64,000 nt of DNA from an uncultured delta proteobacterium. Its GTDB lineage: Bacteria > Desulfobacterota > BSN033 > UBA1163. Position numbers and translations under genes: made by a program. Shown here in pieces: positions 19,134 to 28,956 of the stretch. The stretch covers positions 224,001 through 288,000 of the forward strand of contig CAWHBU010000006.1 of assembly GCA_963827685.1 (NCBI GenBank), in the 5' to 3' direction. How positions within the stretch are numbered: the stretch's first letter is position 1; each line of letters opens with the position of its first letter. The notes below the pieces were generated by a model. That model made no database searches and was not told the origin of the DNA. It worked only from the letters and a program-made list of their open reading frames with translations.

Positions 19134-20288
19134 TTATCTTTTCAGCCCCAGCCACAAAATCTCCTCTTCAGGACGGGGGTGTTCCGCTGTGTATTGGATC
19201 GCTTCTTCAATCAGTTCTGGAGTGATGTCCCTCCCACCGAGTCCTGAGATGAATCCAAAGACTTGAGGCCTCTCCTCTCTCGAATAAAGAGAGGCTCTTA
19301 ATTCTTGGGCAAAGATGCCTCCCACTCCTGCCGAGAGATTTCTATCAATGACCGCTACCTTCTTTGCTCCTTTAATTTCCTTATAAATTTCTTCAATGGG
19401 GAAGGGTCGAAATCTCTTAATCTTTAATCCGGCGACACTGTTTCCTTTCCCAATCAGTTTCTCGATGACGATCCTCGAGGTGCCAGTCACCGTGCCGGAG
19501 GTCATCAGAAGAATTTCTGCTTCCTCTTTTCCATATCTCTCAATCGCCCCATACCCGCGACCGAATCGCGATCTGAATTCATCATCCACCTTTTTGGCGA
19601 CCTCCGGAATCTGTTCCATCGCCTTTTGAATTTTGTATCGAAACTCCAAAAAGTGGTCCGGCGTGGCGATCGTTGAAAAGGCCATGGGTTCTTGAGTATC
19701 GATGGGATACTCCGGACAGTAGGGCGGTAAGAAGGCGTCCACCTCCTCCATCGTGGGAATCTCTACAGGCTCGGAGGTATGGGAGAGGACATACGCATCG
19801 AGGACAACCATCACGGGAAGCTTGACCGATTCTGCAATACGATAAGCCTGGAGGACGGTATCGAGGACTTCTTGATTATGTTCGCAATAGAGTTGAACCC
19901 ATCCTGTATCCCGCTGAGAAAGGGAGTCACTCTGATCGCTCCAGATATTCCACGGTGGGGCAATGGCCCGATTGACATTCACCAGCACAATAGGAAGGCG
20001 CGCACCAGAGGCCCAATGGAGCATTTCATGCATATAGGCCAATCCTTGAGAGGAGGTCGCCGTAAAGCATCTCACCCCTCCCGTGGAGGCTCCAATCAGA
20101 GCCGCCATGGCGGAATGCTCTGACTCCACCTTTAAGAAGACCGTTTTCATGCGACCGCTTGCGATCAGCTCTGATAGCTCTTCAACGATCGTTGTCTGCG
20201 GGGTAATGGGATAGGCGGAGATGACGTCGACACGGCTCAAGATCACTCCATAGGCCACCGCTTGATTTCCTGTGATGACCTTTTTCAT
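19134..20288 (-). CDS. porA: 2-oxoacid:ferredoxin oxidoreductase alpha subunit
   Basis: GNQAVA, AYPITPQT, VESEHSA, TATSSQGL, GLGGRD. Confidence 0.93.
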   Translation of the reverse strand: MKKVITGNQAVAYGVILSRVDVISAYPITPQTTIVEELSELIASGRMKTVFLKVESEHSAMAALIGASTGGVRCFTATSSQGLAYMHEMLHWASGARLPIVLVNVNRAIAPPWNIWSDQSDSLSQRDTGWVQLYCEHNQEVLDTVLQAYRIAESVKLPVMVVLDAYVLSHTSEPVEIPTMEEVDAFLPPYCPEYPIDTQEPMAFSTIATPDHFLEFRYKIQKAMEQIPEVAKKVDDEFRSRFGRGYGAIERYGKEEAEILLMTSGTVTGTSRIVIEKLIGKGNSVAGLKIKRFRPFPIEEIYKEIKGAKKVAVIDRNLSAGVGGIFAQELRASLYSREERPQVFGFISGLGGRDITPELIEEAIQYTAEHPRPEEEILWLGLKR

Positions 20289-22030
20289 CTCGCCTCCTCT
20301 TTTAACGAAATGGCCCCCCGGGGACATTCGGAAAAACAGATTCCACAACCTTTACAAAAATCGTAATCCACCTGATGGGAGAGGACTTCTCCTGTTTTGA
20401 TGATGGAGGCATCAGGGCAGAAGACATAACAGTTCTTACATTCAATACAGGTCCCGCAACTGAAACATCTTTCCGCCTCTTCTAATGCGACGCCCTCTGT
20501 GAAGCCCGAGGTCACCTCTCCAAATCCTTTGATCCTCTTTTTGACTAAGCCTTTAGATTCCCTTTGCCTTCTTGAAGGTTCAAAGTAGTCCGTATTCAAT
20601 TCGTCAAAGGTGACAACATGGGGATTCATCAGCCTCTCTTGGGGATGGAGATATCTGAAGATCGAGAGTGAAGGACCATCTCCTATCAGAATTTGACGGA
20701 GCGCTTCTTCTGAGTCTTTGCCTTTCAAGTAACAATCCATAGCCAGGGCAGCCTTTTTGCCCGAACCAATGGCATGGGCTACGGTTCGCTGGTTTGAAGT
20801 GAGATCCCCTCCTGCGAAGATTCCTTTGATACCTGTGCTTCCATCTCTCTGCGTGAGAACAATCCCTTCTTTCTTCTCCAATCCTTTTGGAAAAAAGGAA
20901 ACTTCTATCTCTTCTCCTGCTGCAATGATCACACTCTCTGCTTCGAAGAAAAAATTGGAATTAGGAATGGGAACAGGTCTTCTCCGACCACTCTCATCCT
21001 TTTCTCCAAGCTCCATTCGCAAACACTCCAACCGTTTCATGCTATCTTTTTGTTGAATACGGATGGGATTGACCAGATATCTTATCTTCACCCCCTCTTC
21101 AATGGCTTCCACCATCTCATCTTCAAAAGCAGGCATCTCCTCCTTTGAACGGCGGTAAAGAATGGTCGCCTTCTTTCCCAATCGGATGACTGATCGTGCC
21201 ACATCGATGGCCGTATTTCCCCCGCCGATGATAGCAATCTTGTCACCTAACTTTACTTTCTTACTTAGGTTGATCTTCTTCAGGAGGCCAAGACCGCTAA
21301 AGACACTCTTTCCTCCCTCGCCGGGGATATGAAGGCCTCTGCTTCGATGGGCTCCTGTGGCAATGAAGATGGCTTGATAATCCTTTAAGTCATCTAATTC
21401 TAACTTTTCACCAAATGGCATTTCTGTTCGAATCTCCACCCCCAACGCCACAATATTTGAAATCTCCCTATCTAAAACATCTTTCGGCAATCGATAAGAC
21501 GGGATTCCTGTCCTCAACATACCACCCGCTAAAGAGGAAGATTCAAAGACAGTGATATCATAACCAAGTTTTGCCAGATGATAGGCACAACTCATCCCGG
21601 CAGGTCCAGATCCTATAATAGCAATCTTCTCCTTCCTTACTCCTGGTATTTTTTCTATTCTCTTATTCAGGTCTAAAGCAAAATCTGAGACGAACCTCTC
21701 CAAGGCATGGATGGCAATCGGTTCATCATAGCTTGCCCGATTACATTTCGACTCGCAGGGATGAAAGCAGACTCTGCCACAGATTCCTGGAAAAGGATTC
21801 TCCTCCTTGATTAGATTCCAGGCCCCTTCAAAATCTCCTTGCGATGTCTTCTGTATAAATCCGACAATATCATTTCCCACCGGACAACCGGCACTGCAAG
21901 GCGATGTCTTGTCTTCATAAAAAGGACGCTGTGCCCTCCACGCCCCCGTTTTATTCCAGTCCATATCTCCTAAAGAAATGGAAATCATCGGCATTTCAGA
22001 GGCACCTTTGAACGTAAACTGTTTTGTCAT
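20285..22030 (-). CDS. GltD/NfnB-like FAD/NAD(P) Fe-S oxidoreductase fused with a PorD-like 2x[4Fe-4S] domain
   Basis: KTGAWRAQRP, CSAGCP, CGRVCFHPCE..C, GSGPAG, GGGNTA.D, CFSCGTC, C..CYVFCPD, DYDFCKGCGICFSECP. Confidence 0.88.
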   Translation of the reverse strand: MTKQFTFKGASEMPMISISLGDMDWNKTGAWRAQRPFYEDKTSPCSAGCPVGNDIVGFIQKTSQGDFEGAWNLIKEENPFPGICGRVCFHPCESKCNRASYDEPIAIHALERFVSDFALDLNKRIEKIPGVRKEKIAIIGSGPAGMSCAYHLAKLGYDITVFESSSLAGGMLRTGIPSYRLPKDVLDREISNIVALGVEIRTEMPFGEKLELDDLKDYQAIFIATGAHRSRGLHIPGEGGKSVFSGLGLLKKINLSKKVKLGDKIAIIGGGNTAIDVARSVIRLGKKATILYRRSKEEMPAFEDEMVEAIEEGVKIRYLVNPIRIQQKDSMKRLECLRMELGEKDESGRRRPVPIPNSNFFFEAESVIIAAGEEIEVSFFPKGLEKKEGIVLTQRDGSTGIKGIFAGGDLTSNQRTVAHAIGSGKKAALAMDCYLKGKDSEEALRQILIGDGPSLSIFRYLHPQERLMNPHVVTFDELNTDYFEPSRRQRESKGLVKKRIKGFGEVTSGFTEGVALEEAERCFSCGTCIECKNCYVFCPDASIIKTGEVLSHQVDYDFCKGCGICFSECPRGAISLKEEAR

Positions 22031-22040
22031 CTTATCAGCC

Positions 22041-22209
22041 CTACCCCCTCACCCCCTCCCTCTCCCCGAGGGGCGAGGGGGATAACAATGTTAGAAAAAA
22101 CCCTCCAAAAATCTCCCCTCCCCTGGCGGGAGGGGAAGAAGGGGAGGGGGACTGAAATTCTTTTTGTCCACCCCTACCCTAACCCTCCCCCGTCAAAAGG
22201 GGGAGGGAG
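22041..22209. repeat. Cluster of REP-like CCCTC/GAGGG hairpin repeats
   Basis: CCCTCACCCCCTCCCTCTCCCCGAGGGGCGAGGGG and related units. The family recurs at 15196-15240, 23017-23105, 23916-23963, 26881-26913 and 27283-27376. Confidence 0.75.
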
Positions 22210-22303
22210 ATGGTTAGATAAACTTCAAATATCTTTGGCTGGGATTCATTTGAAATTTGGTCCTTCCATATCGCTATGCTCTATGCGCCATGCGCTATGC
22301 TAT

Positions 22304-22852
22304 TTAAAACCTTACCTCTTGAAAGGCTTCTCTTGCAGCTTTCGCGTTCTCGTCCTTCTTCCCTGAAAGCTCTTCACGAATGGCCAACGCGATGGAATCG
22401 ATTCCTACAAGGCCCGTCACCTTTGAAAAGGCTCCTAGGATGGCTGTATTAACAATTGGACTCGTTCGTGAACCTAAGCCGTTCCGGATGGCAATCGAGG
22501 TGGCGTCGACCGTAGCCGTTCTAAAACCCTTCAGATCACTAAATACCTCAGGAGGCTGGTGTGAATTGATGAGGATCCATCCATTCGGTTTAAGCCCTGA
22601 CGTGACATCGATCGCGCCAATCAGCGTTGGATCAAGAACAACGATATGATCGGGTTCATAGATATTGACCCTTAAATGAATGCGTTGCCGATCCACCCTC
22701 AAGAAGGCCATGACAGGTGCCCCTCGCCTTTCAACTCCAAAGGCAGGGAAGGACTGGACATAGAGGTTTTCATGGAAAAAGGCGACGGCAAGCACCTTGG
22801 ATGCCACCACAGCTCCCTGACCACCTCTTCCATGAAATCGAATCTCAATCAT
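22304..22852 (-). CDS. porC: 2-oxoacid:ferredoxin oxidoreductase gamma subunit
   Basis: [30 protein letters not shown]. Confidence 0.92.
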
Positions 22853-23016
22853 TCTCTTTAACTAACGTGCCCCTGCCTACCGCAGGCAGGCGTGACCGTC
22901 ATCCGTGTCCGAAACCTCAATTTGAAAAGTCCATTTAAAAGCAATTATAAAATTTATCCCGATAGATTAAAAGTCGACCTTGGGCCTCTCCTATTTCAGA
23001 AGGCATTCCACATTAT

Positions 23017-23105
23017 CTCCCCTCCCCTGGCGGGAGGGGATGAAGGGGAGGGGGGACCATTCTATTTCACCTCCACCCATCTCTCCCCCATCAAAGGGGG
23101 AGAGG
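23017..23105. repeat. REP-like hairpin doublet
   Basis: CTCCCCTCCCCTGGCGGGAGGGGA..GGGGAGGGG plus an inverted partner; same family as 22113-22209. Confidence 0.7.
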
Positions 23106-23123
23106 AAGAGAAGGCATTGGGTA

Positions 23124-23780
23124 TCAAAAGTCGACCTTCTGCCTCTGCTCCTTCAAGGGTTTGAGATGGCAAGTCTCATTCATCAGCGATAGGATGTATT
23201 TCCCATTCCTGTATTGAATGAAGTTAATGGCCGTCGTATCTTGAGTGATCTGCCAGAAATGGGAGTTATCCAGACCGAGGATGGCACAAATCAAAACTTT
23301 GCAGATGACGCGGTGAGTAACGAGAATAAGGGTCTTTCCAGGATGATTTCGGATCACCTCTTCTATTGCAGCCATCGCCCTTACTCTGACATCATCCAAA
23401 CCTTCCCCGCCCGGAAGCCTGACCAGATGGGGCGTTTCCACCCATTGGCGATAGGTCTTACTGTCATTCTCCCGAATCTCTTGATGCGGACGCCCCTCCC
23501 ATTTTCCAAAGCTCATATCAATTATTCCTTGGAGTGGTTGAACCTTTAGGTCGTGAAATTGGGTAACCTTCTCAGCTGTCTGCCAGGCCCTGGATAGGGG
23601 ACTCGAGAAAACCCCGTCAATCTCCATTCCCTTGAAATATTGTCCTACCAACTCTGCTTGCTTCAGGCCGGTTTCATCAAGGGGAACATCTGTTCTTCCC
23701 CGAAAGATCTCTTCCTTATTCCATGCCGTCTGTCCGTGACGGACAAGGTAGACGGAAGTTATAAGGGATCCCTTTTCCAT
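23124..23780 (-). CDS. Histidine phosphatase (phosphoglycerate mutase/CobC-like)
   Basis: LVRHGQT.WN, SSPLSRA.QTA, FGKWEG. Confidence 0.92.
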   Translation of the reverse strand: MEKGSLITSVYLVRHGQTAWNKEEIFRGRTDVPLDETGLKQAELVGQYFKGMEIDGVFSSPLSRAWQTAEKVTQFHDLKVQPLQGIIDMSFGKWEGRPHQEIRENDSKTYRQWVETPHLVRLPGGEGLDDVRVRAMAAIEEVIRNHPGKTLILVTHRVICKVLICAILGLDNSHFWQITQDTTAINFIQYRNGKYILSLMNETCHLKPLKEQRQKVDF

Positions 23781-24165
23781 AGAAATTGTGTTGGAAAATA
23801 AGTTGAGACTTTTATCTCGTAAAATTAGCGAACAATTTCTCTTCTAATTGATATCATTCTCAATGATTACTTATTTTCCATACCATTTTCTGATACCGAA
23901 ATGCAATATCTTTTACCCCCCATCCACCCCTCCCCCTCGAGGGGGAGGGCGAGGGTGGGGGTGATGTCATTTAATCCAACTCGTTTGTTTTAATGTCATC
24001 GCTAAACCTCTTCGTTACCCTCTTCTGGAAATTTTACCTTCCCTAAGAGTTAAGAAAAGTGTATATTAGAAACGTAAATTGGCAATGGAGAAAGAAGCCA
24101 AAAGTTTTAATTTTGTGAAAAGTATGGCTGCAAAATAAGAAATAATGTTGATGCAGGAGAATGAG

Positions 24166-24817
24166 ATGCGGAAACTTACGGTTGACCTTCTTAAGGACGA
24201 GGCTAAGGCTTTCGCCGGAAAGGAATCACGACACAAAGAGGAATCACTCTACGGTGTTACGGACGGCAAAGCGGTCGGCACTTATTTGGAACACAAGTTT
24301 CAGGAAGTGCTACAGAGGAAGTATGAGTATACACGAGGTTCTTCAGCGAAAGGTATAGACTTTCCGAAACTCGGCGTTGACGTCAAGGTGACAAGCATGC
24401 GGCAGCCACAGTCGTCTTGCCCTTTCAAGTCAGCGCGGCAGAAGATATATGGTCTTGGTTATTCTTTGCTGGTATTTGTTTATGGCAAGAAGGACGACTG
24501 AAATACACGAACTGCTACCTTGGACATTAAACACGTCATCTTTATTGAAGGCAGTCAGACCGGAGATTTTCAGACTACGACTGGAATCTTAAAGATTCTG
24601 GATAATAAGGGTAACGCGGATGACCTCATCGCATTTATGACGGAGCGATTTCTGCCAGTGGATGATATTCAGGCCAAAAAAACTAGCGGAAGAAATCCTC
24701 AGGACTCGGCCGCAAGTTGGTTATCTGACAATTTCAAATGCACTTCAGTGGCGACTTCAGTATTCCAGGGTGATTGCGGAGGCGGGCAAAGTGAATGGCG
24801 TTCAGCGCATAGTATGA
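24166..24817 (+). pseudogene. Type II restriction endonuclease, NspV-like, disrupted
   Basis: LYGVTDGKAVGTY, GIDFP, DVKVTS.RQPQSSCPFKSARQKI, TISNALQWRLQY resemble R.NspV as recalled. There is an in-frame TGA at 24499-24501 and a +1 shift in the A7 run at 24676-24682. Confidence 0.8.
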
Positions 24818-26385
24818 ATATGGCAAAGGTAAAAAGCAAAATCGAATATGGTGATTTCCAGACGCCACGCGTTCTGGCGGACTCGATTGTGGCTTTCCTC
24901 CGCAACGCAGGAATATCTCCATCTGTTATCGTTGAACCGACATGCGGGCTTGGGAGTTTTGTCTTGACCGCAATTGAGGGTTTTCACGCCGTCCACCAAG
25001 TGTTCGCATACGACATCAAAGCGGACTACGTCTCCGCTTTGCGGAAGACGCTTCGCGATACAAATGGGGTTCATTGTCAAGTGGCTCAACAGGATTTTTT
25101 CATCTTCAACTGGAAGGAATTCTTCGCTGCGTTTCGAGGGGAAATCCTTGTCCTCGGAAATCCTCCGTGGGTGACCAACGCCGCCCTCGGGGCGCTTGGA
25201 AGCAACAATCTTCCCAAGAAAACGAACTTCCAAAACCGCTCCGGTTTTGCGGCCAAAACGGGCAAAGCGAACTTCGATATTTCGGAATGGATGTTGATCA
25301 AACTCCTTGAATCCCTTGATGGTCAACGCGGTTGTGTTGCCATGCTCTGCAAGACAGCCACCGCACGGAAGGTGCTGCGGCATGGATGGGTCAACCGCTT
25401 CAACATCGGTCGGGCGACCATCCATCTAATCGACGCAGCCGCGTGCTTCGGTGTTTCAGTTGGCGCATGTCTGCTCGTTGTACATACGGGCGTCCCCGAC
25501 CTGTCTCCCACGGCGGGAGTTTACTCGGATCTGACCTTCGACCACAAAGTAACTACGTTCGGCCTTATAGGTAGGGAACTCGTCGCGGACGTTGACGAAT
25601 ATAATCGCCTTAGAGACCTCGACGGACTTGCCTATTATACATGGCGATCCGGTGTGAAGCATGATTCGGCTTCTGTGATGGAGTTCAAAAAGGATGGTTC
25701 CACTCTTATCAACGGGCTTGGTGAACGCATTGAACTCGAACAGACCTACATGTATCCTTTGCTGAAGTCATCCGACCTTGCCAATGGCAGGCTCACGCCA
25801 AAACGCTACGTCCTTGTCACTCAGTGCAGGCCTGGGGATGACACGAAGGCTATTTCAAAGGCTGCTCCGAAGACTTGGTCTTATCTACTGCGCCACGCAG
25901 ATGTTCTGGATCGACGCCAGAGCATCATCTATCAGAAGCGATCAAGGTTCTCAGTATTCGGTGTGGGGGACTACACATTCTCCCCCTGGAAAGTTGCAAT
26001 CTCCGGACTTTACAAGAACTGCCGATTCGAGGTCGTCGGCAAGTACCAGAACAAGCCCGTGGTCTTAGACGACACATGCTACTTCATCCCCTGCAGTTCT
26101 GAACAAGAAGCATCCTTCGCGTGCCTGCTACTGAATTCAGACCTTGCTAAGCGGTTTCTTCATGCACTCGTGTTCTTTGATGCAAAGAGACCGGTTACCA
26201 TCGACGTGCTTAACCGAATCGACCTGAAACGAGTCGCGGAGAGACTCGGCTTGGAAAGTGATGCACGCAAGTATTTCCGCGACGCTGCCTTTTTCGAGGG
26301 ACGTCAAGGTCTCCTCGTCTTTGAAAAACAAGAAAAATATCGAACAAAGGCATCCAGCAGACGTCACGTTCCACCCCGCCGCTGA
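24814..26385 (+). CDS. N6-adenine DNA methyltransferase (gamma class, M.NspV-like)
   Basis: YGDFQTP, EPTCGLGSF (motif I), GNPPW (motif IV). The ATG overlaps the endonuclease stop (ATGA). Confidence 0.88.
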   Translation: MNMAKVKSKIEYGDFQTPRVLADSIVAFLRNAGISPSVIVEPTCGLGSFVLTAIEGFHAVHQVFAYDIKADYVSALRKTLRDTNGVHCQVAQQDFFIFNWKEFFAAFRGEILVLGNPPWVTNAALGALGSNNLPKKTNFQNRSGFAAKTGKANFDISEWMLIKLLESLDGQRGCVAMLCKTATARKVLRHGWVNRFNIGRATIHLIDAAACFGVSVGACLLVVHTGVPDLSPTAGVYSDLTFDHKVTTFGLIGRELVADVDEYNRLRDLDGLAYYTWRSGVKHDSASVMEFKKDGSTLINGLGERIELEQTYMYPLLKSSDLANGRLTPKRYVLVTQCRPGDDTKAISKAAPKTWSYLLRHADVLDRRQSIIYQKRSRFSVFGVGDYTFSPWKVAISGLYKNCRFEVVGKYQNKPVVLDDTCYFIPCSSEQEASFACLLLNSDLAKRFLHALVFFDAKRPVTIDVLNRIDLKRVAERLGLESDARKYFRDAAFFEGRQGLLVFEKQEKYRTKASSRRHVPPRR

Positions 26386-26400
26386 TGCTGGTCCTTTGCA
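26339..26400 (+). other. Degenerate integron attC-like site
   Basis: CGAACAAAGGCATCCAGCAGAC...CCGCTGATGCTGGTCCTTTGC is an imperfect palindrome with an AAC end, CATCCAGC/GCTGATG L-boxes with an extra base, and a decayed GTT. Confidence 0.55.
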
Positions 26401-26425
26401 TATATTACTGAAGGCAGGTGAAACA

Positions 26426-26743
26426 ATGAAGATTGATATCGACAAGCTTAGCGAGGCAGAGCTCATCGCCCTCAACAACAGGATCGTTGAACGTTTGCGT
26501 TTCCTCAATCAGAAGCGCGCACATGAGCAAATGCTGAATTTCCGGATCGGCGACCGCGTCACTTTTCAGCCGGAAGGGCGGCCACCGGTGGTAGGAATGC
26601 TGACACGCTACAACAGGAAGACTGTAACCATTATCACCGAGGAGGGGCAGCACTGGAACGTATCGCCACGTCTCCTTCGGAAGGCCGTCTCTGAAAACGC
26701 GGACATTACCAGTACCAACGTAGTTCGGCTGAGAAAAGAATAA
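26426..26743 (+). CDS. Hypothetical protein with an SH3-like fold (cassette-like)
   Basis: MKIDIDKLSEAELIALN.RIVERL, FRIGDRVTF, RYNRKTVTI, WNVSP.LL; RBS AGGTG. Confidence 0.75.
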   Translation: MKIDIDKLSEAELIALNNRIVERLRFLNQKRAHEQMLNFRIGDRVTFQPEGRPPVVGMLTRYNRKTVTIITEEGQHWNVSPRLLRKAVSENADITSTNVVRLRKE

Positions 26744-26751
26744 GCGGCGTC

Positions 26752-26810
26752 CCCACTTAAGGCTATTCAGCTGATTGGTTATAGCGTCGGCTAATCTTGA
26801 GCATTATGGC
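26752..26810 (+). other. Second, more decayed attC-like site
   Basis: AAGGCTATTCAGCTGA...CGGCTAATCTTGAGCATTATGGC lies directly after the stop of 26426..26743. Confidence 0.4.
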
Positions 26811-26951
26811 ACTTCCTCCATTCAATTATCATCAGCTTTTCGAAGAATACGGGACAGGAAAAGGATACCAAAGAGGAGAATTCCTCCCTTTCGTAAAGGG
26901 AGGGGGGAGGGATTTAGTCTCAGCGTCCATACAATTATCGACTGATTAGAA

Positions 26952-27089
26952 GTGAGAAATGTTACGCAAATGTTGATAGGGGGCGTTATCATCCTGTTCA
27001 TTAGCGGATGTGCAAGCCAACCACCGGTGAAAAGTGTTGTCTCTGAAAGAGAAGCTGCCGAAATTCACCTGATGGGAGGAGGTCCATAA
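26952..27089 (+). CDS. Small lipoprotein or lipoprotein remnant (45 aa)
   Basis: MRNVTQMLIGGVIILFISG-CASQPPVKS...; lipobox ISGC. Confidence 0.5.
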   Translation: MRNVTQMLIGGVIILFISGCASQPPVKSVVSEREAAEIHLMGGGP

Positions 27090-27282
27090 GACCCAGAGTC
27101 TAGGTTATCCAGTACGTCCAGGATTTCTCAAAACTCTTCCTGAGACCACAGGAAGACAAAGATGAACAAGGACTACTTCCTGTAATCCTTGTTTTTGAAT
27201 CTCGTCAGGCAATACAATATTTCTAATGGAAATCAATAATAAACCTTTCCCATTAATTTGCAAATTACTTACGTAGAAAATA

Positions 27283-27376
27283 CCTCCTCTCCCCTGGTGG
27301 GAGAGGATTGAGGTGAGGGGGATATGAGTTCAATTGTTCACCCCTACCTTCACCCTCCCCAACAAGGGGGAGGGGA
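27283..27376. repeat. REP-like hairpin doublet
   Basis: CCTCTCCCCTGGTGGGAGAGGATTGAGGTGAGGGG plus CACCCCTACCTTCACCCTCCCC...GGGGGAGGGG. Confidence 0.72.
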
Positions 27377-27722
27377 CTTAGTCATATTTTCATGGTTTGT
27401 GGGTGACGAACCCGTCATGTAAAATTTGTTTAAAAATAAAACTTTAAATCTGGGCCTGAAGAGATCATCCAACCGGAAATTCTTGTCGAATTCATCATCA
27501 AAATTGTCGAAACCCGTTATCAATCGAAATCTAAGAAGAAAGCATTTACTGCTTCAAAAGGATCGACAAACCATTCCGGTTTAAAACTAAGCCTTAAGGC
27601 TCCATTTCTTACAAGAATTGAATTTATCCAACTGTCAAAGGCCTTAATAAGCCAATGAATATTTTAAATAAATCGGCCTGAGGATGCTCAGGAATATGTT
27701 TTGAATTCTTTTGAAAATGGAT

Positions 27723-27738
27723 TGGCACAGGAGTTGCT
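27723..27738 (+). promoter_or_regulatory. sigma54 promoter
   Basis: TGGCACAGGAGTTGCT matches the TGGCAC-N5-TTGC consensus exactly. Confidence 0.85.
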
Positions 27739-27872
27739 GTCATATCAAATGTGCAGATGTTTCGCTTGGAGATGGAATGTAAATGCTTAAATTTTTGGAA
27801 GCGTAAGGAGTCATGAATAAAAGGCCTAAATAATACGTCAAAAGAAGAAAAAGAGGAGAGGAGGTAAGATTT

Positions 27873-28355
27873 ATGAAAAAGGCAATCATTGCATTAGGGT
27901 TGGTAATGGTAATGTTTTTTGGTGTTTCATATGTCTATGCGCAAGAGCAGGGTGACCCTCCAAGGCATGGGTGGATGCACGGCGAGAAATCCTGGGGCCA
28001 AGGGAAGAGACTTAACCTCACCCCGGAGCAAAAGGCAAGGTTCCAGGAATTGCGTCGAAAGTTTATAGGAGAAAACGCTCAACTCATAGGTGCACTTGTG
28101 GTCAAAAGGCTGGAACTCAAGTCACTTTGGACCGATCCAAAAGCTGATTCCCGGGCTATTCTGGCTAAGGAGAGGGAGTTGAGAGACCTTAAAAACAGGA
28201 TGAAGGACAAGATTGTGCAGTATAGATTGGAAGCTCGCAATTCCCTCACGCCCGAACAGATTGAGAAGCTTGGAATGATGGGAGGAATGGGCTTTGGTTT
28301 TGGTCGTGGTTTCCACCACCGCCATGGCCAAGGAATGGGCCACCCTGGAATGTAG
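27873..28355 (+). CDS. Spy/CpxP/ZraP-family periplasmic chaperone / heavy-metal sensor
   Basis: Signal peptide, LNLTPEQ and LTPEQ (LTxxQ) motifs, Gly/Met/His-rich tail. Confidence 0.88.
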   Translation: MKKAIIALGLVMVMFFGVSYVYAQEQGDPPRHGWMHGEKSWGQGKRLNLTPEQKARFQELRRKFIGENAQLIGALVVKRLELKSLWTDPKADSRAILAKERELRDLKNRMKDKIVQYRLEARNSLTPEQIEKLGMMGGMGFGFGRGFHHRHGQGMGHPGM

Positions 28356-28519
28356 CAGTAGGAATGCGCATCAATTGGAATATAAGTAACCTCAAAAAAA
28401 GGAACCCAGATGAAAATAATAAACGGGAAAGAACGCGATTTGGATAACAGACTATCGGAAGGGGTCTGAAGCGGATTAAATCAACCTGCGCAGGACCTGG
28501 AAGCTGGATGGAGTAATCC

Positions 28520-28834
28520 GTGAGAAAGATTTTCCAAAGAAAATCGTTTCGGTTCACTCTTTTCATCCTTTTGTTTGCTGTCTGTGTCTATCCCCCTTTT
28601 CGGTTAATGACAGAGGCCAGAATTACTGCGGAACGGAAGTGGGAGTGTATTTTCACAGCACTCTCAACTCCATATGAAGTGCCTGAAGTTGATTTCGGAA
28701 TGTTGCTCATTGAGGCGATAATAGCTATTCCATTAGCCATCGGGATTTCTTTGATTTCTTGCGCTATCAAAACCGCCTTAAGACGAATAAACGTTGAAAG
28801 ATTAAAAGGACACTATCTCAGCAGAAAACTTTAA
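28520..28834 (+). CDS. Small two-TM membrane protein
   Basis: Two hydrophobic segments and YPPF...W..IF...VDFGMLLIE. Confidence 0.55.
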   Translation: MRKIFQRKSFRFTLFILLFAVCVYPPFRLMTEARITAERKWECIFTALSTPYEVPEVDFGMLLIEAIIAIPLAIGISLISCAIKTALRRINVERLKGHYLSRKL

Positions 28835-28956
28835 TTCCATCGAAACAAACGTTTCGTGAAAAATCTGAGACGGGTGGGTATGTCCGCGTTGGGGCGTATT
28901 TGTAAATTTTTTCTATTGCCACTAAAAACAAGTTCGGTAAAAGGAGATGAGAAGAG

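Noticed and set aside
18998-19225. ORFs containing VIASEAKQS-like or SPLPWREG-like peptides (also 22088, 22892, 22980, 62598)
   Set aside because: They are translations of palindromic repeats, not genes.
24499-24501. In-frame TGA in the endonuclease as a third selenocysteine site
   Set aside because: It is not in a Cys/redox context, no similar hairpin is evident, and the gene also has a frameshift. A nonsense mutation is simpler.
24520-26385. 621-aa ORF as a nuclease-methylase fusion
   Set aside because: This is an artefact of the frameshift at the A7 run. The methylase has its own ATG at 24814 overlapping the nuclease stop.
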